This document shows, piece by piece, positions 52,421 through 64,000 of a DNA stretch of 64,000 nt. This stretch comes from Octopus vulgaris (lineage: Eukaryota). The DNA is taken from assembly GCA_951406725.2 (NCBI GenBank), contig OX597824.1, positions 92,070,001 to 92,134,000 of the forward strand. Reading direction: 5' to 3'. Each line of letters opens with the position of its first letter. The first letter of the stretch is position 1. The notes under the pieces are model-generated. The model saw only the letters and a list, made by a program, of their open reading frames with translations, was not told the DNA's origin and made no database searches. The position numbers and the translations under genes were made by a program.

Positions 52421-52919
52421 AGTGAGAGTTTCTAATCTAGACAAAATGACAGCAGTTAAAGACACGCTACCTGCATTCAAGCAAAACATAATTTCTCGTA
52501 AGAACTTTTTCTGAGAGTTTTTCTGGAAGGCATTGCAGTATGAAGCATCGTTAATTACGATGTCTAATGTAGTCTACGTCGGTGAATATAAGTGGAGTGT
52601 TGGTATTGTATTGAATTAGGAAATATTTAAACAAAAAATAACATCAGGAAGATTTCGCGAATGTTGAACTTTAAAAAATGGCGATGCACCATTAGACTAA
52701 ATATATACATATAGACACGTAGTCATACACGAGCAAATATACATTTAAGTCTGTAGCTATATATTATATACGTGAAAGGTTGTACTCACACACGCGCGCG
52801 CGCAAACACACACGTATGTTTGAGTACAACCTTTCACACACATGTAGAAATATTTAATAATAACAATAAATGTGCCAAGGCCACTTTCCAGAAAGGAAAA
52901 TTGAAGACTTCATATTCAG

Positions 52920-54265
52920 TGCTGTTAGATCTCAATACATTTATAATAGAACTTCAGTAGGAATACACAAATACCTCGGAATAACTGAGGGCTCTGGCAT
53001 TTAGAAGGCAAGCATGAAAGAAACGATGACGAAGGGAGGTTACAGGAGAGTTTGAGTACTCCTCAAACTCGAGTTAAATGCATGTAGCTACGTTTTAGCT
53101 ATAAATTCTTGAGCAGTCCTAGTTGTTATTTACACTTACAATGTGTTGGACTGGAATATGAGCAAAATAGGGAAGATTGACAAGAAAATCCGAAAGCTGC
53201 TGGCGTGCAACTAGATGCATTTCCAAAAGGCAGACGCAGACCGTCTTTACAAATCCATAACCCAAGGAAGACGAGGACTGATTGAATTTGAAATCTCTTA
53301 CAAGACAATCACAACTGGACTGGCAAAATCTCATGAAATATCTAACGATTGGATGCTAAAACTCATTGAAAACCACGATAGACATAAGAAGCATCATTCT
53401 GAAAAGAAAGGGAGCGAAACATTTGCTGTGTTCATGCTGGAAATGCGGCAATGGTTGTTGCAAAGAAAGCCAAAATCAATGGCTAAGCAATAAGACTTGA
53501 ACAATTGGTTGATATGTGGGAACAAAATCCTCTGCACCACAAATATGTGGCTCCTAGCAAACAAACTGATATAGACCAGAAGGACATGCATCAGTGGCTA
53601 AGAAAATTAGGACTAAAGACAAAGAGTGGAGGCTTTATCTTAACTGCTCAAGATTTGAGCTCATTGACCTGTAACCATCGAGCTAATGTGATTAAAAATG
53701 AAGTAGACCCAAAGTGCCGATACTGCAACAATGAGGCTGAAACAGTGGACTACCTAATCGTTTGGTGTAAAAGTTTTAGCATCTATGGAGTACAAATCAA
53801 GTCCAGGAAGAATTTGGCCAAATATCTATACTATGTCAGCATTATAAAATCAAAACTGCTGACAAATACTACAAGCACCACCCTGAAGCTGTTACTGAAG
53901 GAGAAAATGTAACGATCCTTTGAGACTTTCCAGTATGTACAGAACGGACCAACAAAGCTAATGAACCGGATATTGTTGTGAAATACCAAATCCACGAAGT
54001 ACATTTGTTGATTAACATGAGAAATTCTTGTGATCATAACATCTAGGGAATATAATTTTTTTAAACTCAGAAAATATAAAGATTTATTGATTGAAATAAT
54101 ATTAAAAAAGGCAACTGAAGACTTTTACAATACCAGTGATTATAGGAACACTTGGAATGATCAAAAAAGGAACTGAAAATTTTTTAAGAATGATCCCATC
54201 CAAGAAGTCAAAGAGATTGTTTTAACTGGTACGTTACACGTATTTGGAAGGGCATTGTTGCTATG
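52920..54265 (+). mobile_element. Decayed R4/Dong-like non-LTR retrotransposon (RT C-terminus to RLE)
   Basis: MHFQKADADRLY...GRRGLI; GLKTKSGGFILTAQD; DPKCRYCNNEAETVDYL; ANEPDIVV; IPVIIGTLGMIKKG. Many frameshifts. Confidence 0.88.
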
Positions 54266-54364
54266 ATTTTCTGCCTTTTTCTCCCTATATTTTTTCTTTT
54301 TTTTTTTGGCCTTTTTAAAATTTTGTCTTCTCTGGTTTTTCTTTATTTATTCCCCTTTTTTTTC

Positions 54365-54881
<517 letters not shown>

Positions 54882-55397
54882 TTAACTTAAAAACAAAAAC
54901 AAATGAACGAGCTTTTGAGTTTAGTTTAATGGCCTACCAATGTATACTATGAGTTTCTTTGCCTTAGGAGTCGGGAAGACACTCGGCAAGAAATGGAAAC
55001 AAATTTAAAAGAAGAAAAAAAAATAATAATAGTAATAATGATTTCCATGTATTCATATATTTAAAGCTAGAGAAAAAACAAATTAGCGAGGACACATGAC
55101 TAGAATCTTGTCCCCAAGACACACATATAGCCACACACATACACTGAACAACAAAAGTTAGAAGACTGTCGTTAGCGTGGAAGTTAGAATTCTTGTACAT
55201 TTTGTTGGGAGATCTTTTCACACAATCTATAGCTATTCAATTGGAAATATATAGAAATTGCCTGATTGGATTAAGGATCGATTCAATCTTAACTCAGATT
55301 AGCTATGGATAAATTGTTTCCATTTATTAGACGGAATACAATAACAATATTAATAAAAAAATATTATTGATATTATTATCATTATTATTACTATTCA

Positions 55398-55464
<67 letters not shown>

Positions 55465-55727
55465 GGTGTTGTTATTATGAGATGAAGGAAAAAATGCGAA
55501 GAGAAGACGACATTCATATTAATAATAACATTACCAAAATTTCATTAATAATCGTTTTAGTAATAGTAATCTATACACAGTAGTCAAGAATATATGAATC
55601 GTTTGGTATATATACAAAACAAATAGATGTGAACAAATGCATTTACAGACATACTCACAGTTATGAATGTATATGCATCTATGGAGATAAAAAGAAACAG
55701 ATAGCAACCTATTTACAAGCACTTACG

Positions 55728-55766
<39 letters not shown>

Positions 55767-56314
55767 GTATACATATATTTATACATATGTATATGTATGT
55801 ATATATATATATGTATATGTATGTATATATATATTTATATATGTATATGTATATGTATGTATATAAATATATATATATTTATATATGCATATATATATAT
55901 ACATACATATATATATATATATATATATGTATACATATATACTTATATTTATATATATATATATATATATTTATATGTATATAATCATATATATGTATAT
56001 ATATATATATACATATACACACACACACATATATATATATATACGTATATATATATATATATATACATATGTATACGTATATATATATATATATATATTT
56101 AGATATATATACGCATATATATGCTGTCTATAGACGTATGCATAACACAATAAATATAAACAAATGGATGACTGCAGGATGTAGGCTTGAACAACGAGTA
56201 TACTAGTATATATCAACGTGCATTTGTATATACATAACATCCTGCATATATATATATATATATTTATACAAATATATATATATATATAATTGTATATGCA
56301 TATATGTATATATA

Positions 56315-56365
<51 letters not shown>

Positions 56366-56852
56366 CTACAATTATGTTTCTTAATCCATTTATACCGACA
56401 TATAGACACAGATAATTCTATTATGATTTCATATCCATATACACATTTTATAAATTTTCTGAAAAGAAAATACCTTCGTAATAAGTATACAATACATGAA
56501 TACATACAAAAGCATGCATTTTTACACTCTCCTTCTCTATCTCAGGATCTCTATATTTCTCTCTCTCTCTCTCACTCAGTCCATCTATCGCTCTCTCTCT
56601 CTTTGTCTCCTTTTCAAATCACACACAGACACACTCATATATGGATGTATATATAAGCAGAGACACATAGATATGCACATATATACATACATATGCATGT
56701 AGGCAATTACATATGCATAGGGCTTGCACAAAAACTGCATATACATATATATATACATTACATACATACATACATATATGTATGTGTATATATATATATA
56801 TATAAATATGTATGTATATATATGTATATATATATATGTATATATATGTATA

Positions 56853-56916
<64 letters not shown>

Positions 56917-57088
56917 TCATGCATATATACATACATATATACACATTCATATGCTGATATCTTCGTGTGTTGGTGATTTTGTGTGTTTCTGTATTTTAAA
57001 CGGCGTGCGCTCTGTTTTTCGTTTGTTTCTCATCCAATAACAACAACGCTCAATGTATTCCTATTGGATACATATATAAGTTTGTATG

Positions 57089-57153
<65 letters not shown>

Positions 57154-57997
57154 CCTTCATTTTATTTCTTTCTCTCTTGTACATATATATTATATTATAC
57201 GTATACGATAATTTATACACACACATATATCTTTACATATCTATATACTTTTACATGTACATCTTATCTATTATCTATCTATCCATGTACTCACTTATAT
57301 ACAGATATATGTATATATTAATGCATACAAAATGGAAGTAAGAGAGAAAGAGATAGATAGAGAGAGAGAGAGAGAGAATTCTGTGAGACAAACAGATACA
57401 GTGAAGAATGGCTAGAGAATGAGAGAGTGGGAGTGACAGATGCAATCGCAAACTGAGAAAGAGAGAAAGAAATGAAAGAACGCAGGAAAGGAACAAGGCT
57501 AAAAGAGAAAGCCGGGAAAGAAAGAGATTCACAAATATTGTACATGTACCAGGCTGTATAATTTCATTTCTGGCTTTCTTTTCATGAATTTCATTTAATT
57601 GTAAAACTGATTTTCAATAATATTTCTGCCTGAGTGCGTTGAATTTAATATGGCGAAACGTGCACGCGAAATAAGGTTACCGCATTGCCAGAGAACGACT
57701 CGGAACATTTCGTTGTATTTCGTTTAATATATTTATTAATTTTGTGCATATTGGCATATACATATACGCATATATATATATACATATATATATATATGTA
57801 TATATATTAAATATATGTGTGTTGATATAAACGTCAACGCGTATCTGTGTATGAATGTATTTATGTAGTTGTGTGTGTAGTGTTTTATTGTTTCACCACG
57901 AAACAAAAGTTCTGTCACATCTACCATTTCGTAATTGTGAAGGATTTAATGCTGCGTAAGATATGCATTTGCATACAAATTGTGGGCTCCGATATAC

Positions 57998-58069
<72 letters not shown>

Positions 58070-58075
58070 GTATAC

Positions 58076-58113
<38 letters not shown>

Positions 58114-58124
58114 GTATATATATG

Positions 58125-58180
<56 letters not shown>

Positions 58181-58254
58181 CACATACACCCAAGTTTGTA
58201 TATATGTGCACACATATATAGACGTATATATATATGTGTGTGTATGTATTTATC

Positions 58255-58296
<42 letters not shown>

Positions 58297-58749
58297 CAGA
58301 GAGAGAGAGAGGGAGGGGGCAGATAGATTAACATTGTTATGGATAACGATATGATTGCAATGTCTTTTGCCTGACTACATGTGATTATGCGTGTGCTGGG
58401 CTCTTTCACTTTCCTCCTTTTAATCTATCCCTAAAACTTTAATCCCTGTAATTGCACACTCAGACATGCACACTGATACACGTACTATTTTACACACATA
58501 TTTTTCTACAAGAAAACACGTACACGCCTATTTTCCTTGAAATTAGAGAAATAGCGTAATGCTGCTCTCATTCATTCGTGTATGCATTCAAACGCTAATA
58601 ACTTGCCTTTTGCCCTCTCTTATATGGTAGTCTCATCTCTTTGCAATACCCAATATGTTTCCTGGCAGCCATAGATTCCACAAGTGTTAAGGGATTACGA
58701 TGATTTTTCTGTCTGTTTTGTCAACTCAATAACTTTTCAGATTAATTTT

Positions 58750-59260
58750 ACCAGTTGAGAGTATTTCATTCTCTTCCTCTCATTTGATTTCTGAATATAT
58801 TCTTCGAAGGAATGGAGAGTTCTAACAGGACGCTCGGTTTGATGCCTCCACTTAGCAATGGAAATTTGCGCGCCATTGGAGCTGCATCAAGACACTTTTT
58901 CTACATCGTCGTTCGCACCTAGATGTGAACCAGAAGCCTCCTAGCATTTTCTACCGCCCAAGCTTACACGTGTTACAATGCCCTTCGTTTCTTTCTGGCT
59001 TAGTTGCGAATTCATAGCCTCACAGCTTGCATTATTTACCTCCTTTCCGTTCTGACGTCAGTCTCTCCCTGAAACTTGTGACCCGCAGGAAATACAGAAT
59101 TACAGTAACTCTCTGCCTTGGGTGACCAACAATTTTTCCTTTGGTGAGAGCATCAAACTCGAATTCGGTCCATACAGAGCAACACTATTCACAGAGTAAG
59201 GAATTTCCAGGAATTTCTTCAGGTATCTGGTCTCTGTCCACTCAAAATTCTCTCATATCC
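58750..59260 (-). mobile_element. Decayed HERO-like RLE retrotransposon fragment (post-RT region)
   Basis: The minus strand reads FEWTETRYLKKFLEIPYSVNSVALYGPNSSLMLSPKEKLLVTQGRELL*, resembling HERO-type R.LR.WLGLP.SLSS.ALYG...EF.VT..RE.L. Confidence 0.65.
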
Positions 59261-59329
59261 ATATGAGAGAGTTTGCGTATCAGTGTCCCTCAGATATATT
59301 CCAGCTGAGCGTAAGATTGTGGTAGCTCT

Positions 59330-59640
59330 TTCAATGCTAGACAGGTCAGAAGATAAAGGCCACATTAATATGGACAACTTCCCACAAATATATTATTTAT
59401 GTAGAAATATTACTTCTATGGACCATTGCTAAGCAAATACAGTACCCATGGTAAGCTTTCAACTTCATACCCATTATCATCGGAGCAACACGGTACGTGC
59501 CAACACGCCTGGAGTAAAGTATGGTTGAACTTCTGATCTTGGACAGAAAATGCAAATCTTTAACTTATACGCTATAAATTCTCATAAGCTATAAATAGAC
59601 TATAAAAATCTGCAAGAATGACTTAAGGTTTAGATGATGA
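59330..59640 (+). mobile_element. Decayed 3' end of an RLE-type non-LTR element
   Basis: YGPLL...QYP...FNFIPIIIGATRYVP...TIKICKNDLRF, across frameshifts. Confidence 0.55.
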
Positions 59641-59955
59641 CGGTTAAATTAAGATATTTTCCGTCAGAACCTCAGTAAGTGTATGGTAAAAAGTTACTCT
59701 AAATAAAAATGAGAAAAAGAGAACAAACAAACACACAGCTTCCTACACAATCAAACCGAGGCATTAACTTATATAAACGTGTTTATGTTTGCATGGATAT
59801 ATGAAAAATATATATGTGTGTATCTATATATGTATGCACGTATGCATGTACGTATAAACAGAGAGCTATCACGTCAGCAGACCACGGAAAATGAATTGTA
59901 ATTTTCCTTGTGAAAATAGTGCAACATAAAAATAACACATATTTATACACACATG

Positions 59956-60011
<56 letters not shown>

Positions 60012-60125
60012 TGTTTATATTGAATCCAATATTATAAATTCATAAATATATGCTTATATATATATCTATATACATATATATTATATATCATATATGTATA
60101 TACATATATGTATATATATACCTAT

Positions 60126-60176
<51 letters not shown>

Positions 60177-61184
60177 GATAGATAGATAGATTGATAGATA
60201 GATACAGATATATATATATATATATATATATATGATATATATACACACAGAGATATTATTTATATATATATATATGTGTATGTATGTGCATGTGTGTGTA
60301 GGTGTGTATAGGCGTCTGCGTGTGTGTATAGTATATGTGTGTTCTGTAACGAGGAACACTTTTGCGGATGTTGAAGATGATGAAAAAAGAAAAAAGAAAA
60401 AGGTGTACCAAAGCAATAATGATGGCCAAAACAATATAAACTTCGTACATGAGTTTTTTTTTAATAATTTAACTTTTATTTCACGTCAATATCTTACAAG
60501 TTTTAATTTTCCAATTTCCCTTAAATTTTTTTATCGAAAATATAATATATAATCGCACTTACAAATTTTGAAAATTTCACTGAATTTTATTTAGTTGCAG
60601 ATGGCCCCAAAGGAGGACATTTTTTTGCAGGAAATAAATTACAGCCAATTATACCTAGGCCTTTTAAGCTTGCGAATATTCCCCATTCTGGTCTCTCCAC
60701 ACTGTCTTTAATTCTTTCTGTTCTCTCTTTTCTCATTTTTCTTCTAGTATGTTGCCTTCAACCACGAAGTAATTTTTCTATTGTGTAAACTTGACAATTT
60801 TCTAAGCAATCATTTTAGAACCACCTAAATACACCGACGTATATATAACTTGTGAATTTGCAACTTTTTGAATTACTAACATATGCGAGTATCTGTGTGT
60901 ATATAAATATGAAACATATGTGTGTGTAGATGATTGGGTGTGCGTGTGTGTGTATATACATAACTATGTGTGTATGTACTTGCGTCTATCTGGATTTTGA
61001 GTAAAATAATTAAATGAACAGAGAAAGACTTTCAAACAGTGTAAGATACACTGTTGCCATCTAAGATTATTTGGCAGGCACTCAGGCCGCGCTACTGGTG
61101 CACATAGCAACAAATATATAACTTTTATTTGTCTATAGATACTGACATATATGTAATTGTGCGTGTATATATATATAATTATCC

Positions 61185-61233
<49 letters not shown>

Positions 61234-61487
61234 TATATATATACATATATATATACATATATATATATGCATGTATATATATATGCATATATATATATAT
61301 ATAAATATATATATACATATATATTTATACATATATATATATTTATGCATATATATATATACATATATATGCATATATATAAATACATGTATATACATAT
61401 ATATAAATGCATATATATGCATATATATAAATACATATATATAGTTATATGTGTGTATATTTACAAGATTAAATGTATATATATGTG

Positions 61488-61526
<39 letters not shown>

Positions 61527-61828
61527 TTATATATGTATGTTTATTATGTATATAAACATGTATAGACATAAATATATCCACCTTAGTATTTTTAGATTAA
61601 GTTTGATATACTGTCGAATAATACGTGTCGAAATAATCTGGGATGATATTCTCATACACTTTGTCAAATAATAAGAAATAGTAACAGAAAAGGAAACGAA
61701 GGGAGAGAAGTTCACCATAAAAAAATTTCGGGTAAACACTAAATTATTTCTAAACCTATTGTGTTGAATATTCATACTTAATACATACAATTTATGCTTC
61801 CACTCACAAGAACCCGTACATACGGTTA

Positions 61829-61905
<77 letters not shown>

Positions 61906-62187
61906 GTGTGTATGTTTTCTTTCATTTTTGTTTTACTCTTATCTGTGTTGTATAATGAACAGTTTACAATTTCTAAAAACATTATTTTCATGTAGAATTA
62001 GTTTTTATTTCCAGCGAAATTTGTTCACTGTACTACTTTGGGAGAAAATGCAAGAATGATATTTTATGTTTAAAAATATTTCACTAGTTATATTTTTGCA
62101 AATAGAAAATAACTATATTCAAGGTTTAAGAGATAGGGGGATAAAAAATTGGTATGATACATAGAAATACAAACATACATATATGTG

Positions 62188-62252
<65 letters not shown>

Positions 62253-62268
62253 ATATATATATATATGC

Positions 62269-62310
<42 letters not shown>

Positions 62311-62612
62311 GTATATATATATACATATGTATATATACATACATATATCATATAGAAAATTTATTTTGTAAAAAGTATTCACATTTTTGTAAATTATATA
62401 CTATCGAGAGGAAATAATAAACATGCGCACAATGAACTTCCGCTGCCGCCCCAGAGTACATACACATCTCCGTTAACATAGATGCGCACACATGACAATT
62501 TAGAGATACACAACCACAAGTAAATGTATATCTATAACTATCTATTTATATATGCATGTATATATACATACATAGTATAATATGACATTATATATATTTA
62601 TGTATATATATA

Positions 62613-62689
<77 letters not shown>

Positions 62690-62690
<1 letters not shown>

Positions 62691-62770
62691 GTTAATCCAA
62701 ACAAGAAAACAAAAAGACAAAAACGCAAGGATGTGGAACAAATAAAGTATTATTGGACGCTCAGGAAAGA
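62690..62770 (-). mobile_element. 3' tail-only copy of the 9.9/30.9-kb HHR element between (TA)n tracts
   Basis: The reverse complement tttcctgagcgtccaataatacttt...ttcttgtttggattaac matches 30971-31071. Confidence 0.82.
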
Positions 62771-62836
62771 ATTATATATATATATATATGTATATGTATA
62801 AATATATAGAATTATATATATGTATGTATGTATATG

Positions 62837-62882
<46 letters not shown>

Positions 62883-63049
62883 GACACATATATATATATA
62901 TCTATATATATAGGCCTTGTGCTTAAAACAGAAATGAGATATCTTGAGCCGATTTTCAATCCCGTAATGACCTGTTACGTAATACTATCAACCATGACAT
63001 TTTGTCGAAAGTTCTACATAAAATATTAAAAAGAAACATTGTTTTCGAA

Positions 63050-63230
63050 TTTTAGTACAAGGCAAGCAATTTCGAATGGTGGTACTAACCCCAGTACCCT
63101 TCCGGGACATAATTTATCCTCTCCGAAAGGATTGAAAGCAAAGTCAACTTCGGCGGGATTTATACTCAGAATGTGAATAAGGATGAACACCACTACATCA
63201 TTTCACTCGGCTTGCTTACAATTCTGCCGC
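63050..63230 (-). mobile_element. SINE family B, diverged
   Basis: gaaaggattgaaagcaaagtcaacttcggcgggatttatactcagaa. Confidence 0.65.
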
Positions 63231-63241
63231 ATTTAAAATTG

Positions 63242-63303
<62 letters not shown>

Positions 63304-63360
63304 GAAATTTACAGAAAAACTAAAAGGAAGAGAAGTATATAGTATAGTATACAGTATATA

Positions 63361-63531
63361 GGCGCAGGAGTGGCTGTGTGGTAAGTAGCTTGCTAACCAA
63401 CCACATGGTTGCGGGTTCAGTCCCACTGCGTGGCATCTTGGGCAAGTGTCTTCTGCTATAGCCCCGGGCCGACCAATGCCTTGTGAGTGGATTTGGTAGA
63501 CGGAAACTGAAAGAAGCCTGTCGTATATATG

Positions 63532-63562
<31 letters not shown>

Positions 63563-63770
63563 CTGTGTTTGTCCCCCCCCCAACATCGCTTGACAACCGA
63601 TGCTGGTGTGTTTACGTCCCCGTCACTTAGCGGTTCGGCAAAAAAGACCGATAGAATAAGTACTGGGCTTACAAAAACAATAAGTCCCGGGGTCGAGTTG
63701 CTCGATTAAAGGCGGTGCTCCAGCATGGCCGCAGTCAAATGACTGAAACAAGTAAAAGAGTAAAAGAGAG
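63361..63770 (+). mobile_element. tRNA-derived SINE family A, full length
   Basis: tggctgtgtggtaag (A box-like), gggttcagtccc (B box-like), internal TA/TG microsatellite, tail gtaaaagagtaaaagag. Confidence 0.92.
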
Positions 63771-63877
63771 AGAGTATATAATCTAGAGAAGGTGATAAAG
63801 TCTTTTACCTTTCGAGTCTACTCTCTTGAACAGAAAGGAACACAGAAATAACAGAGAGAGAAACTAAGAAGGGTTTA

Positions 63878-63920
<43 letters not shown>

Positions 63921-64000
63921 CATGCAAAGCGCATTTTCACTAGCGATGTCAACGCTGTTTAAGAACATCCGATTTATAGCCTCGTGGATCACATGATCAC

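Overview
AT-rich, microsatellite-saturated eukaryotic DNA, most likely an intron or intergenic region of an octopus genome. That assignment is inferred from the SINE families and repeat style; no search was run. I can support no intact host CDS, and almost all ORFs in the track are translations of simple repeats. The window holds four tRNA-type SINE families, decayed Tc1, mariner and hAT transposons, two non-autonomous Helitrons, and fragments of R4/Dong-like, HERO-like, L1/Tx1-like and Penelope-like (PLE) retrotransposons. The main finding is a set of short non-coding elements, from about six sequence-unrelated families, that carry minimal type I hammerhead-ribozyme (HHR) motifs. These have palindromic stem III (ACGT, ACCGGT, ACGATCGT) and non-canonical cores (U3-A8 compensatory pair, C4). 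Most end in (TA)n tracts. Several occur as head-to-head fold-back palindromes (10.6-10.8, 26.7-26.9 and 38.6-39.1 kb), which places ribozyme sequence on both strands. They look like PLE pseudo-LTR or retrozyme-like elements. All structures were folded by eye and cleavage activity is untested.
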